A DNA stretch of 64,000 nucleotides from an uncultured Collinsella sp. (GTDB lineage: Bacteria; Actinomycetota; Coriobacteriia; Coriobacteriales; Coriobacteriaceae). A program made the translations under genes and the position numbers. The notes beneath the pieces were generated by a model, which saw only the letters and a list, made by a program, of their open reading frames with translations, searched no databases and was not told where the DNA came from. Below, piece by piece: positions 48,227 to 58,309 of the stretch (the first letter of the stretch is position 1; the number at the start of each line of letters is the position of its first letter). The DNA lies in NCBI GenBank assembly GCA_958421655.1, contig CATZMG010000001.1:13639-77638 (forward strand), written 5' to 3'.

Positions 48227-49531
48227 ATGCAGACGATCTACCAGAAGATGGAAACCACCGAACTCGATGCCGCCATCGAGGCGCTCAAAGCCGAGGTCGC
48301 CGAGGTCAAGGCCAAGGGCCTGGCGCTCGACATGGCCCGCGGCAAGCCGTCGCCCTCCCAGGTGGACATCTCTCGACCCATGCTCGATATCCTCAATGCC
48401 GATGCCGACCTGCACGACGGCAACGTCGACTGTTCCAACTACGGCTGCTTTGAGGGCATTCCCTCGGCACGCAAGCTGGCGGGGGAGTTCCTGGGCTGCC
48501 CCGCCGAGCAGACGCTCGTGCTGGGTTCGTCGAGCCTGCTGATCGAGCACGACATCGCCGGTATGTTCTGGCGCTGCGGCTCGTGCGGCAGCGAGCCCTG
48601 GGATGCCTACGAGGCTGCCCACGACGGCAAGAAGGTCAAGTTCCTGTGCCCTGTTCCCGGCTACGACCGCCACTTTGGCATCACCGCCGATCTGGGTATC
48701 GAGAACGTCCCCGTCGCGATGACCGATAACGGCCCCGACATGGACGAGGTCGAGCGCCTCGTCGCCGCCGACGATTCCATCAAGGGCATCTGGTGCGTAC
48801 CCAAGTATTCCAACCCCACGGGCATCACCTTTAGCGAGGACACTGTGCGCCGCCTGGTTGAGATGCCCACGGCCGCGCCCGATTTCCGCATCTTCTGGGA
48901 CAACGCCTACTGCGTGCATGACCTGTACGACGAGACCGATGAGCTCGCCAACATCTTTGACCTCGCTCGCGCGGCGGGCACCGAGGATCGCGTGGTGGCC
49001 TTTGCATCGACGTCCAAGATCACCTTTCCGGGCGCCGGTATCGGCTTTATCGGTGCGAGCCCCGCGGTTATCGCGGAGTTCTCCAACCGCCTGAAGGCCG
49101 GCCTCATCAGCGCCGATAAGCTCAACCAACTGCGCCACGTGCGTTTCCTTCCCACCATCGAGGCGGTCAAGGAGCACATGAAAAAGCATGCCGAGTTCCT
49201 GCGCCCGCGCTTTGAGGCTGTCGAGCGCAAGCTTACCGAGGGCTTGGGCGATACTGGTTGCGCTACCTGGACGCATCCTCGCGGCGGCTACTTTGTGAGC
49301 TTCGATGGTCCCGAGGGCTCGGCCCAAAAGGTCGCCGCGCTTTGTGCCGACCTGGGCGTCAAGCTCACGCCGGCCGGTGCTACCTGGCCCTATGGCAAGG
49401 ATCCGCGCGATACCAACATCCGCATCGCGCCGAGCTATCCCACGGTCGAGGACCTGGAGGCCGCGCTCGATGTGCTGGTGCTGGCCGTCAAGCTCGTCGC
49501 TGCCGAGCTTGCGCGTGCCGAGCGCGCCTAA
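48227..49531 (+). CDS. PLP-dependent aminotransferase (actinobacterial aspartate aminotransferase-like)
   Basis: LDM.RGKP, PGYDRHF, WCVPKYSNPTG, DNAY, STSKITF, IRIAP motifs. Confidence 0.9.
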   Translation: MQTIYQKMETTELDAAIEALKAEVAEVKAKGLALDMARGKPSPSQVDISRPMLDILNADADLHDGNVDCSNYGCFEGIPSARKLAGEFLGCPAEQTLVLGSSSLLIEHDIAGMFWRCGSCGSEPWDAYEAAHDGKKVKFLCPVPGYDRHFGITADLGIENVPVAMTDNGPDMDEVERLVAADDSIKGIWCVPKYSNPTGITFSEDTVRRLVEMPTAAPDFRIFWDNAYCVHDLYDETDELANIFDLARAAGTEDRVVAFASTSKITFPGAGIGFIGASPAVIAEFSNRLKAGLISADKLNQLRHVRFLPTIEAVKEHMKKHAEFLRPRFEAVERKLTEGLGDTGCATWTHPRGGYFVSFDGPEGSAQKVAALCADLGVKLTPAGATWPYGKDPRDTNIRIAPSYPTVEDLEAALDVLVLAVKLVAAELARAERA

Positions 49532-49582
49532 CGCGCGGCTTCCCGTACTATCCGCACTTTCGATACGTAAAGGAGCGTATAC

Positions 49583-49897
49583 ATGGATTTGGGTATTTCC
49601 ACCAACCCCACGCCAGAGCTCTACACCATTAAGGTAACCGGCGAGATCGATATCTCTAACGCCGATAGCCTGCGCAATGCCATCGACCTGGCGCTCGAGC
49701 AGCCTACCGAGGCCGTTGAGCTCGATTTTGCCCAGGTGAGCTACATTGATTCGACGGGCATTGGCGTGCTCGTGGGCGCCGCACACCACGCGGTCGACCA
49801 CGGCAAGCGCTTTAGCTGCACCAATGTGCAGCCCCCGGTGATGCGCGTGGTCCAGCTGTTGGGTGTCGACCAGGAGATTTCGATCACCGCTGCATAA
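49583..49897 (+). CDS. STAS-domain anti-sigma factor antagonist
   Basis: GEID, D...V.YIDSTG.G.L motifs. Confidence 0.9.
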   Translation: MDLGISTNPTPELYTIKVTGEIDISNADSLRNAIDLALEQPTEAVELDFAQVSYIDSTGIGVLVGAAHHAVDHGKRFSCTNVQPPVMRVVQLLGVDQEISITAA

Positions 49898-50050
49898 TCT
49901 TTGCCCCCAAAAGGGCGTGCTGTTTGGCATATGTTTGTGATGCGCTCGGACGTTTTGGCGTCCGGGCGCTATACTTGACCGAATGAATAGACGAGTTCCG
50001 GCCGAATGGCGCGGTGCGGGCTCGACTCACATCGAGCCTTGGAGGTATGT

Positions 50051-50614
50051 GTGTTTGGTATTGGAGAGGGTGAGCTCGCGATCATCGTGGTCTTCGGCTT
50101 TTTGCTGTTTGGCCCGGATAAGCTCCCACAGATGGGCCGTACGATCGGCCGTGCCATCCGTCAGTTCCGCGAGACGCAGGAAAAGATGACGGCCGTTGTT
50201 CAGTCCGAGATTATCGATCCGGTGAGCGAGGCCGCATCGGCCCCGGTCAAGCCCAAGAAGGTTGCTGCGACCGACGACGATTCCGATGCGGACGAGGATG
50301 CCGCTGAGACGGCAGCGCCCGCCAAGAAGGAGACCTTTGCCGAGCGTCGCGCCCGTCTTGCTGCCGAGAAAGCCGCAAGTGAGGGTGCCGCCGAGGGCGA
50401 GGGTGCCGAGCCTGCCGCTGTCGCCGAGCCTGTCGTCGAGCCCGAGCCTGCTGCAGAGCCGGAGCCCGAGCCCGAGCCGGCAGAGCCCACGACGGCTGAC
50501 CTCTACGCCCGTCGTCCCCGCAAGCGCAAGGCCGTCGTCGACCAGCTCGCTCGCGAGCTCGAGGCCGAGGACGACGCCGCTGCCGCCGATGCCCCGAAGG
50601 GAGGCGATGAGTAA
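50051..50614 (+). CDS. tatB: Twin-arginine translocase TatA/TatB subunit
   Basis: FGIG..EL.II....LLFGPDKLP..GR..G; acidic Pro-rich tail. Confidence 0.88.
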   Translation: MFGIGEGELAIIVVFGFLLFGPDKLPQMGRTIGRAIRQFRETQEKMTAVVQSEIIDPVSEAASAPVKPKKVAATDDDSDADEDAAETAAPAKKETFAERRARLAAEKAASEGAAEGEGAEPAAVAEPVVEPEPAAEPEPEPEPAEPTTADLYARRPRKRKAVVDQLARELEAEDDAAAADAPKGGDE

Positions 50615-51405
50615 TGCCTATCGGACCTGCGCGCATGCCGCTCTTCGATCATCTGGGAGAGCTCCGTCGCCGCTTGACCATCGTGGTCGTGTCGGTGTTT
50701 GCCGCCGCCATCGTGCTGTATTTCGCTACGCCCGTGGTGCTCGACATCTTGGAAGACCCTATCCGCTCCTTTGTGCCGGACGGTAAGTTCTACATCACCA
50801 CCACGCTCGGCGGCTTTGGCTTGCGGTTCTCGCTGGCCATCAAGATGGCCGTGGTTATGTGCACGCCCATGATCATCTGGCAGATTCTGGCATTTTTCCT
50901 GCCGGCACTGCGTCCCAACGAGCGCAAATGGGTCGTGCCCACGGTGCTCGCCTCGACGGTGCTGTTCTTCCTGGGCGCCATCTTCTGCTATTTCATCATC
51001 ATCCCGGCGGGCTTTGAGTGGCTCATCGGCGAGACCTCGGCCGTCGCCACGGCGCTGCCCGACCTGGAGAACTACGTCAACATGGAGCTGCTCTTTATGA
51101 TCGGCTTTGGTGTGGCGTTTGAGCTGCCGCTCATCATCTTCTACCTGTCCGTTTTCCACATCGTGTCCTACGCGGCTTTCCGCAGCGCCTGGCGCTACGT
51201 GTACGTGGGCCTGCTCGTGGGCTCGGCTGTGATCACGCCCGACGGCTCGCCCGTCACGCTGGGCCTTATGTACGGCGCCCTGCTTTCGCTCTACGAGATC
51301 TCGCTCGCCATCGCCCGCGTGGTCATTACCGCGCGCGAGGGCAAGGAGGGCCTGTTCGTGAGCCGTCTGGACCTGTTCTCGGACGACGAGGACGACGAGG
51401 AGTAA
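50614..51405 (+). CDS. tatC: Twin-arginine translocase TatC
   Basis: MPL.DHL.ELR.RL, F..PAL...E, FELP, ITPD, LYE motifs. Confidence 0.95.
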   Translation: MPIGPARMPLFDHLGELRRRLTIVVVSVFAAAIVLYFATPVVLDILEDPIRSFVPDGKFYITTTLGGFGLRFSLAIKMAVVMCTPMIIWQILAFFLPALRPNERKWVVPTVLASTVLFFLGAIFCYFIIIPAGFEWLIGETSAVATALPDLENYVNMELLFMIGFGVAFELPLIIFYLSVFHIVSYAAFRSAWRYVYVGLLVGSAVITPDGSPVTLGLMYGALLSLYEISLAIARVVITAREGKEGLFVSRLDLFSDDEDDEE

Positions 51406-51411
51406 ATCGGT

Positions 51412-51768
51412 ATGCACGAGGTTGGCATTGTCAACGGCATACTCGATACAGTGATTCGCGCGGCGCGTGGGGCGGGGGCCTCGCGCGCCGTTTTGGTAAC
51501 GCTGCGTATCGGGGATATGACCGAGGTCGTGCGCGAGGCGCTCGACTTTGCGTGGGAGACGTTTCGCGACGAGGACCCGCTCACGCGCGACTGCGAGCTC
51601 GCGGTTGAGGAGATTCACCCACAAAGTGAATGCTTGGACTGCGGAGAGGTTTTCGACCACGATCGTTTTCACTGTCGCTGTCCCCAGTGTGGTGGTGCCA
51701 ACGTGCGCCTACTGCACGGCCGCGAGCTCGATATCGCGAGTATCGAAATCGAAACCCCCGACGATTAG
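51412..51768 (+). CDS. hypA: Nickel metallochaperone HypA
   Basis: MHE N-terminus, CxxC and CPxCG, GREL motifs. Confidence 0.95.
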   Translation: MHEVGIVNGILDTVIRAARGAGASRAVLVTLRIGDMTEVVREALDFAWETFRDEDPLTRDCELAVEEIHPQSECLDCGEVFDHDRFHCRCPQCGGANVRLLHGRELDIASIEIETPDD

Positions 51769-51823
51769 CCCGCTAGCCATCTAGTGATGGGGTATAAAGG
51801 GGCCAAAGTAAGGAGCGCTAAGT

Positions 51824-52507
51824 ATGGCCGAGAAAACGATTGATATCGCGTCGCCGATTCTGTCGCGCAACGAGCGCCTGGCAGATCAGCTGCGTCAGCG
51901 ATTTAATGAGACAAACACCTATGTGATCAACGTCTTGTCAAGCCCCGGTTCGGGCAAGACCACCACGATCCTGGGCACCAACGAGCGCCTGCGCGACAAG
52001 GCGGGCCTGCGTTGCGCCGTCATCGAGGGCGATATCGCCTCGGATGTCGATGCCATCACCATGAAGGAAGCCGGCATGCCCGCCATCCAGATCAACACGG
52101 GTGGCCTGTGCCACCTTGAGGGCAACATGGTCATGGAGGCCGTCGACGCCTTCGACCAGGCGGTGGGTCTGGAAAACATCGACGTCATCTTTATCGAAAA
52201 CGTTGGCAACCTGGTCTGCCCGGTTGACTTTGACCTGGGCGAGAACCTGTCCATCATGATCCTCTCGGTGCCCGAGGGCGACGACAAGCCTATCAAGTAC
52301 CCGGGCATCTTCCAGCACGCCGGCGCACAGCTGCTCAACAAGGTCGATGTGGCCCCGGCTTTCGATTTTGACATGGATAGGTATACTAAGACACTCGATG
52401 ACCTCAATCCGCAGGCGCCGCGGTTTGCCGTGAGCGCGCGCAAGGGCGAGGGCATGGATGCCTGGTGCGATTGGCTCATCGGGCAGATCGAGCAAGCAAG
52501 GGCGTAA
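51824..52507 (+). CDS. hypB: Hydrogenase nickel incorporation GTPase HypB
   Basis: SSPGSGKTT, CHL, ENVGNLVCP, EGDDKP.KYP, NKVD motifs. Confidence 0.96.
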   Translation: MAEKTIDIASPILSRNERLADQLRQRFNETNTYVINVLSSPGSGKTTTILGTNERLRDKAGLRCAVIEGDIASDVDAITMKEAGMPAIQINTGGLCHLEGNMVMEAVDAFDQAVGLENIDVIFIENVGNLVCPVDFDLGENLSIMILSVPEGDDKPIKYPGIFQHAGAQLLNKVDVAPAFDFDMDRYTKTLDDLNPQAPRFAVSARKGEGMDAWCDWLIGQIEQARA

Positions 52508-52561
52508 ATCGGCCGCCATACGGGCGGGCGTAGCCGCAGAGACACGAGATAGGAGCCTCTT

Positions 52562-55156
52562 TTGAAGCTCATCATCGCCGAGAAAAACGACGCCGCGCGT
52601 CAGATCGCCGAGCGGCTGTCCACGGGTAAGCCTAAAAAGGACAAGGTGTACAACACCGCCATCTACCGTTTTGAGTGGAAGGGCGAGGAGTGCGTGACGA
52701 TCGGTCTTGCCGGTCACATCCTTGCGCCCGATTTTTGCGACAGCGTGCTGTTCGATAAAAAGCTGGGCTGGTATTCGGTGACCGAGGACGGTGAGATGTT
52801 GCCGGCCGATATGCCCGATGGCCTGGCCCGCCCGCCCTACGACACCAAGCGTAAACCGTTCCTTGCCGATGGCATTTCCATCAAGGGCTGGAAGCTCGAG
52901 AGCCTGCCTTACCTCACCTGGGCACCCGTCATTAAGCTACCGGCCGAGAAGGAGCTCATTCGTTCGCTCAAGAACCTTGCCAAGAAGTCTGACAGCGTCA
53001 TCATCGCCACGGACTTTGACCGCGAGGGCGAGCTGATCGGTTCGGACGCCCTCAACAAGGTGCGTGAGGTGGCGCCCGACTTGCCGGTTGCCCGCGCCCA
53101 ATACTCTTCGTTTACCAAGGCCGAGATCACGCACGCCTTCGATAATCTCGTCTCGCTCGACCAGAACCTGGCCGACGCAGGCGAGAGCCGTCAGCACATC
53201 GACCTTATCTGGGGTGCGGTGCTCACGCGTTACCTGACGCTCGCCAAGTTTGGCGGCTTTGGCAACGTGCGCTCCGCCGGCCGCGTGCAGACACCGACGC
53301 TTGCCCTGGTGGTCGAGCGCGAGCGCGAGCGCATGGCGTTTGTGCCCGAGGACTATTGGCAGATTCGCGGCATGGGTGCCGCGCAGGGCGCTGCCGAGGA
53401 CGACCGCTTTAAGATCGCACACAAGACGGCGCGTTTTACCGACAAGGATGCTGCCGAGACGGCGTATGGTCACGTCGACGGCGCCAAGACGGCGACCGTT
53501 GCCGCGGTGACCAAGCGCTCGCGTAAGCAGCAGCCGCCCACGCCGTTTGCGACGACCTCGCTGCAGGCTGCCGCCGCGGCCGAGGGTATCTCGCCTGCGC
53601 GTACCATGCGCATCGCCGAGTCCCTCTACATGGCGGGCCTCATCAGCTACCCGCGTGTCGACAACACCGTGTACCCTGCGACGCTCGATCTGGGCGCCGT
53701 GGTGAGCGACCTGGCAAAGATCAACCCGGCGCTGGCGCCTGTGTGCAAAAAGGTACTCGCGGGTCCCATGAAGCCCACGCGCGGCAAAGTCGAGACCACC
53801 GATCACCCGCCTATCTACCCCACGGGCGAGGGCGATTCGTCCACGCTCGACGGCGGCCAGCGTAAGCTCTACGACCTCATCGCCCGTCGCTTCCTGGCAA
53901 CGCTCATGGGACCCGCGACCATCGAGAACACCAAGCTCGAGCTCGACGTGAACGGCGAGCCGTTCGTGGCTTCGGGCGATGTGCTCGTGACCCCGGGTTT
54001 CCGCGAGGCATACCCATATGGACTCAAACGCGACGAGCAGATGCCGCCGCTTGAGCAGGGCGATACGGTCGACGTGTTCGACATTAAGCTCGAGGCAAAG
54101 CAGACCGAGCCGCCCGCGCGCTACAGCCAGGGCAAGCTCGTGCAGGAGATGGAAAAGCGCGGTTTGGGCACCAAGTCCACGCGCGCGAGCATCATCGAGC
54201 GCCTGTATGCCGTGCGCTATCTCAAAAATGATCCCGTTGAGCCGAGCCAGCTGGGCATCGCCATTATCGATGCACTGTCGCAGTTTGCCCCGCGCATCAC
54301 GAGCCCCGATATGACCAGTGAGCTCGACGGCGACATGACCCGCGTGGAGCGCGGCGAGGACACCGAAGAGCATGTCGTGACGCACTCGCGCGCGCTGCTG
54401 GCCGGCGTGCTCGACGAGCTGCTCAAGCATACGCAGGAGCTGGGCGACGCCATCAGCGACGCCGTTACGGCCGATGCGCGCGTGGGCGCCTGCCCCAAGT
54501 GCGGCAAGGACCTGGTTATGAAGACGAGCGCCAAGACCCGTGGCAGCTTCATTGGCTGCATGGGCTGGCCCGACTGCGACGTGACCTATCCGGTGCCGAG
54601 CGGCGTCAAGGTAAGCCCGCTCGAGGGCGAGGCAGCCGTGTGCCCCGAGTGCGGCGCGCCGCGCATTAAGTGCCAGCCGTTCCGCCAGAAGGCCTTCGAG
54701 ATTTGCGTGAACCCTACGTGCCCCACCAACTACGAGCCCGACCTTAAGGTGGGCGAGTGCAAGGTGTGCGCCGAGGCCGGACGTCATGGCGACCTGATCG
54801 CGCACAAGAGCGAGAAGAGCGGCAAGCGCTTTATCCGCTGCACCAACTACGATGACTGCGGTGTGAGCTATCCTCTGCCGGCGCGCGGTAAGCTCGAGGC
54901 GACGGGTGAGACTTGCCCCGAGTGCGGCGCCCCCATCGTGGTGGTCAACACGGCGCGCGGCCCGTGGCGCATCTGCGTGAACATGGACTGCCCGACCAAG
55001 GAGAAGAAGCCCGCCCGCGGTCGCAAGACCACGACCAAGGCGAGCACGGCAAAGAAGACGACGGCGGCCAAGAAGACTTCGACCGCCAAGAAGTCGACCG
55101 CCAAGAAGACTGCCGCGAAAAAGACGACCACCAAGAAGGCGGCCGCCGACAAGTAG
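52562..55156 (+). CDS. topA: Type IA DNA topoisomerase with zinc ribbons and Lys-rich tail
   Basis: IAEK, ATD.DREGE, SAGRVQTPTL, ISYPR, GLGT.STR; several CxxC ribbons. Confidence 0.95.
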   Translation: MKLIIAEKNDAARQIAERLSTGKPKKDKVYNTAIYRFEWKGEECVTIGLAGHILAPDFCDSVLFDKKLGWYSVTEDGEMLPADMPDGLARPPYDTKRKPFLADGISIKGWKLESLPYLTWAPVIKLPAEKELIRSLKNLAKKSDSVIIATDFDREGELIGSDALNKVREVAPDLPVARAQYSSFTKAEITHAFDNLVSLDQNLADAGESRQHIDLIWGAVLTRYLTLAKFGGFGNVRSAGRVQTPTLALVVERERERMAFVPEDYWQIRGMGAAQGAAEDDRFKIAHKTARFTDKDAAETAYGHVDGAKTATVAAVTKRSRKQQPPTPFATTSLQAAAAAEGISPARTMRIAESLYMAGLISYPRVDNTVYPATLDLGAVVSDLAKINPALAPVCKKVLAGPMKPTRGKVETTDHPPIYPTGEGDSSTLDGGQRKLYDLIARRFLATLMGPATIENTKLELDVNGEPFVASGDVLVTPGFREAYPYGLKRDEQMPPLEQGDTVDVFDIKLEAKQTEPPARYSQGKLVQEMEKRGLGTKSTRASIIERLYAVRYLKNDPVEPSQLGIAIIDALSQFAPRITSPDMTSELDGDMTRVERGEDTEEHVVTHSRALLAGVLDELLKHTQELGDAISDAVTADARVGACPKCGKDLVMKTSAKTRGSFIGCMGWPDCDVTYPVPSGVKVSPLEGEAAVCPECGAPRIKCQPFRQKAFEICVNPTCPTNYEPDLKVGECKVCAEAGRHGDLIAHKSEKSGKRFIRCTNYDDCGVSYPLPARGKLEATGETCPECGAPIVVVNTARGPWRICVNMDCPTKEKKPARGRKTTTKASTAKKTTAAKKTSTAKKSTAKKTAAKKTTTKKAAADK

Positions 55157-55183
55157 CGGCGCAGCCGAAACATAGCCCAAAAC

Positions 55184-55222
55184 AAAAACGAGCGAGGGTC
55201 CCATGATCCTCGCTCGTTTTTT
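55184..55222. terminator. Bidirectional terminator
   Basis: AAAAACGAGCGAGGGTC-CCAT-GATCCTCGCTCGTTTTTT. Confidence 0.75.
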
Positions 55223-55235
55223 AGACCGGCAGAGT

Positions 55236-55310
55236 GCTAGTTCACTTCGACGGGTTTGGCGCCGGGATAGCGCTAGTTCACTTCGACGGGTTTGGCGCCG
55301 GGATAGCGCT
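55236..55310. repeat. Exact 36-bp tandem duplication
   Basis: GCTAGTTCACTTCGACGGGTTTGGCGCCGGGATAGC twice, no spacer. Confidence 0.9.
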
Positions 55311-56256
55311 CCTCAAAGTCTAGGCGGTACTTATTGTCATTGGTGCCCGCCACGTTGTCGCGCGACAGCGGCGCCACGATCTCATTCTTGTGGTCCGCAG
55401 GCTTGGCGTATTTCAGGCTGATCTCCCAGGCATCACAGATTGCGTCAATGCGGTGATCCAGGTCGTCGTACAGGGCGATGATGTCCTTCCAGGAGCTGTA
55501 GTTCTTGGAGCTCGTCGGGACGTCTAGGTCCTCGACGATGTCGTAATACTGCTCGATGGTGTCCTCCGTGCGCTCGGCGACGTCGGCGAGATTTTGACGG
55601 GTGGTTCGATCCTCTTCCAGATAGCTGCCGTTGAAGTTTTGCGCGCAGCCACGGACGTAGCTGTCGAGGTCTTCGAGCAAGTCGTAGTATTCGCTCAGTC
55701 GACGGTAGAGATTCTGCTCGGAGAGCGTTGCTTCGCCTCCATCCTCGTCGTCATCGTCATCATCGTCGTACAGGCTGTTGGGATCGCCGAGAGGCTTTAG
55801 GTCATCGTCGTCGACGTCATGGTGTAGCTTAGCTACCTCGGCAGTCGTCTGCGTGGTGGCGTTGTCGAAAGGCTTGATCACAAAGAAAATGACCAGGGCG
55901 ATGATGATCGCCACCAGCACAACGATAACGGCGATAAGCGGCCCGGTGCCGCTCTTTTTGGAAGCGGGGGTCTGTGGCGAAGCGGGCGCGTATGCGGGAG
56001 CCGGCTGCTGTTGGGGCGAGCCGCTCGCGACGGGTATGCGCTGCGTGGTCTCGACGGCCTCGGTCCTTGCAGCGGGGTCGGGGCTATAGGCGAGGGGGTC
56101 GTCCGCCTTGGCTTGCGGCGTATCAAGGGAGCCGGTCTGCTCAAAAGCGGGCTGGCTATCGCTCGCGGCTGTTTGCTCAACGGGTGCACCGCACGAGGTG
56201 CAGAACTTGGCATTATCTGCAAGAAGCTTGCCGCACGAGGCGCAATACCGAGACAT
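55273..56256 (-). CDS. Zinc-ribbon domain membrane protein
   Basis: N-terminal CxxCG...FCxxCG, Pro-rich linker, single TM, acidic outer domain. Confidence 0.85.
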   Translation of the reverse strand: MSRYCASCGKLLADNAKFCTSCGAPVEQTAASDSQPAFEQTGSLDTPQAKADDPLAYSPDPAARTEAVETTQRIPVASGSPQQQPAPAYAPASPQTPASKKSGTGPLIAVIVVLVAIIIALVIFFVIKPFDNATTQTTAEVAKLHHDVDDDDLKPLGDPNSLYDDDDDDDEDGGEATLSEQNLYRRLSEYYDLLEDLDSYVRGCAQNFNGSYLEEDRTTRQNLADVAERTEDTIEQYYDIVEDLDVPTSSKNYSSWKDIIALYDDLDHRIDAICDAWEISLKYAKPADHKNEIVAPLSRDNVAGTNDNKYRLDFEERYPGAKPVEVN

Positions 56257-56325
56257 TGCCACTCCTTTCGCCACATTTCAATGCAATACGACGATTATAC
56301 CCAGCATCCAAAATTCCCCATCATA

Positions 56326-56392
56326 AGTTGCGGTGAAATAGGGACTGTTTGGCGGTCTCGGAGCTTCAATCAGTCCCTATTTCACCGCAACT
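56326..56392. repeat. 67-bp REPIN-like palindrome, copy 3
   Basis: AGTTGCGGTGAAATAGGGACTG...CAGTCCCTATTTCACCGCAACT. Confidence 0.85.
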
Positions 56393-56496
56393 TTGGAAAG
56401 GCACCTTTAGCCATTGGGGACGCACCGAGCACTGGGGTATCATGGCTTGGTTGCTATAAATCGCATTTTCGCGCCTTGTAGGAAGGGGCTGCGCCC

Positions 56497-57180
56497 ATGG
56501 CTTTTGAGCCCGCTCAACATAGCTTTATCACGCTCGAGGGCGTCGACGGCGCCGGCAAGTCCACGCAGGCGCGCCTGCTTGCCCGTGCGCTCGACCTCGC
56601 TGGCTATCAGGTCGTAACTCTGCGCGAGCCGGGCGGCACCGCCATCAGCGAAAAGATCCGCGCCCTGCTGCTCGACCCCGCCAATACGGCGATGGGCGAC
56701 ACCTGCGAGCTGCTGCTCTACGAGGCCGCGCGTGCCCAGCTGGTGCACGAAGTCATCGCGCCTGCCCTCGCTGCCGGCAAGGTGGTCCTGTGCGACCGTT
56801 TCTACGATTCCACGACCTGTTATCAGGCGTTTGCCGATGGCCTCGACCGTCAGATGGTGCGCGATGCCAACAACCTGGCTGTCGCCGGTACGCATCCGGC
56901 GCTCACGCTCGTCTATCACATCACGCCCGAGCAGGCGGCGCTGCGTATGGCAGCCCGCGGTGCGGCCGATCGCATGGAGGCCAAGGGCATGGCCTTCCAG
57001 GAGCGTGTCTACCAGGGATTTTGTGCCATTTCTGCCGAGGAACCCGCCCGCGTAAAACTCATCGACGCCACTGCGTCGATTGCAGGCGTCTTTGCGCAGA
57101 CGGTCGAGCTGGTTCGCGCGTACGGTCTCGACATTCCCCAAGATGCCGTCGCCGCCGCGCTTGCCCAGGAGGCTGAGTAA
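56497..57180 (+). CDS. tmk: Thymidylate kinase
   Basis: FITLEG.DGAGKSTQ, REPGGT, CDRF.DS..YQ motifs. Confidence 0.96.
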   Translation: MAFEPAQHSFITLEGVDGAGKSTQARLLARALDLAGYQVVTLREPGGTAISEKIRALLLDPANTAMGDTCELLLYEAARAQLVHEVIAPALAAGKVVLCDRFYDSTTCYQAFADGLDRQMVRDANNLAVAGTHPALTLVYHITPEQAALRMAARGAADRMEAKGMAFQERVYQGFCAISAEEPARVKLIDATASIAGVFAQTVELVRAYGLDIPQDAVAAALAQEAE

Positions 57181-57181
57181 C

Positions 57182-58309
57182 ATGGCCCCCGCGCAGACAA
57201 GCCTGCTGGCCAAGCTCGACACCCAACAGCGCGTGCGCGACTTTTTGACCAACGCCATCGCAAGCGGCCGCGCATCGCACGCCTACCTGTTCTTGGGCGC
57301 GCCCGGCGCCGGTAAGCTTGACGCCGCATGGGCGCTTGCCCAGGCATTCCTGTGCGAGCGGGACGGCTGTGGCTCGTGCGACAGCTGCGTGCGCGTCGCC
57401 CGCCATACGCATCCCGACGTGCACTATTACACGCCCGAAAGTGCTACGGGCTACCTCATCGCGCAGACCCGCGAGCTGCTCGACGACGTGCCCCTGGCGC
57501 CCATCCGCGCCAAGGCAAAGGTCTACATCATCGACCGTGCCGAGCAGCTGCGCGCCAACACCGCCAACGCGCTGCTTAAAACGCTCGAGGAGCCGCCCGA
57601 GGGCGTCATGTTCATCCTGTTGGGTACCTCGGCCGACGTGATGCTGCCCACCATTGTGAGCCGCTGCCAGTGCGTGCCGTTTCGGCTGGTTTCGCCCACT
57701 GTGGCCGCGCAGGCCGTGAGCCGCGCCACCGGTCAGGATCCCGCGCGCTGCCGCATGGCCGTCGCTGTGGCGGGAAGCCCCACGCGCGGTATCGAGTTCC
57801 TTAAGAGCGCCGAGCGCCAGGACGCCCGTCGCCAGATGGTCCGCGCCATCGACTCGCTCATCGCCGCCGACGAGGCCGATGTGCTCAGTCGCGCCAAGTC
57901 GCTCATCGTCGCCGTCAAGGCGCCGCTCGCCGAGGTCAAGTCCACGCAGGAAAAGGTGCTCGAGCAAAATGCCGACTACCTGTCGCGTGGAGCATTGAAG
58001 CAGCTTGAGGACCGCAACAAGCGCGAACTCAACGCGCGCGAGCGTTCGGGTATCATGGAAGCGCTGGCGAGCGCGCGGACGCTCATGCGCGACGTGCTGC
58101 TGACGCTTCAGGATGAGGCGGCAGACGTTGTGAACGAGGACGTGCGCGACACGATCGGGCGGCTTGCCGCCGCGACCAATGTTGCGGGTGCCACCCAGGC
58201 GCTCGAGGCGGTCGCAACCGCCGAGCGCAACATCGCCAGAAACGTTACTCCCCAGCTGGCCATCGAGGTCATGCTGTTCGATATCAGGAAGGCACTGAAA
58301 TGCCGTTAG
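57182..58309 (+). CDS. holB: DNA polymerase III delta-prime subunit
   Basis: HAYLF.G..G.GK, C..CG.C..C, HPD, ANALLK.LEEP, TI.SRC motifs; follows tmk. Confidence 0.92.
   Translation: MAPAQTSLLAKLDTQQRVRDFLTNAIASGRASHAYLFLGAPGAGKLDAAWALAQAFLCERDGCGSCDSCVRVARHTHPDVHYYTPESATGYLIAQTRELLDDVPLAPIRAKAKVYIIDRAEQLRANTANALLKTLEEPPEGVMFILLGTSADVMLPTIVSRCQCVPFRLVSPTVAAQAVSRATGQDPARCRMAVAVAGSPTRGIEFLKSAERQDARRQMVRAIDSLIAADEADVLSRAKSLIVAVKAPLAEVKSTQEKVLEQNADYLSRGALKQLEDRNKRELNARERSGIMEALASARTLMRDVLLTLQDEAADVVNEDVRDTIGRLAAATNVAGATQALEAVATAERNIARNVTPQLAIEVMLFDIRKALKCR

Noticed and set aside
55236..55310. CRISPR array (36-bp repeat)
   Set aside because: Only two adjacent copies, no spacer, the sequence is a gene 3' end, and no cas genes are present.
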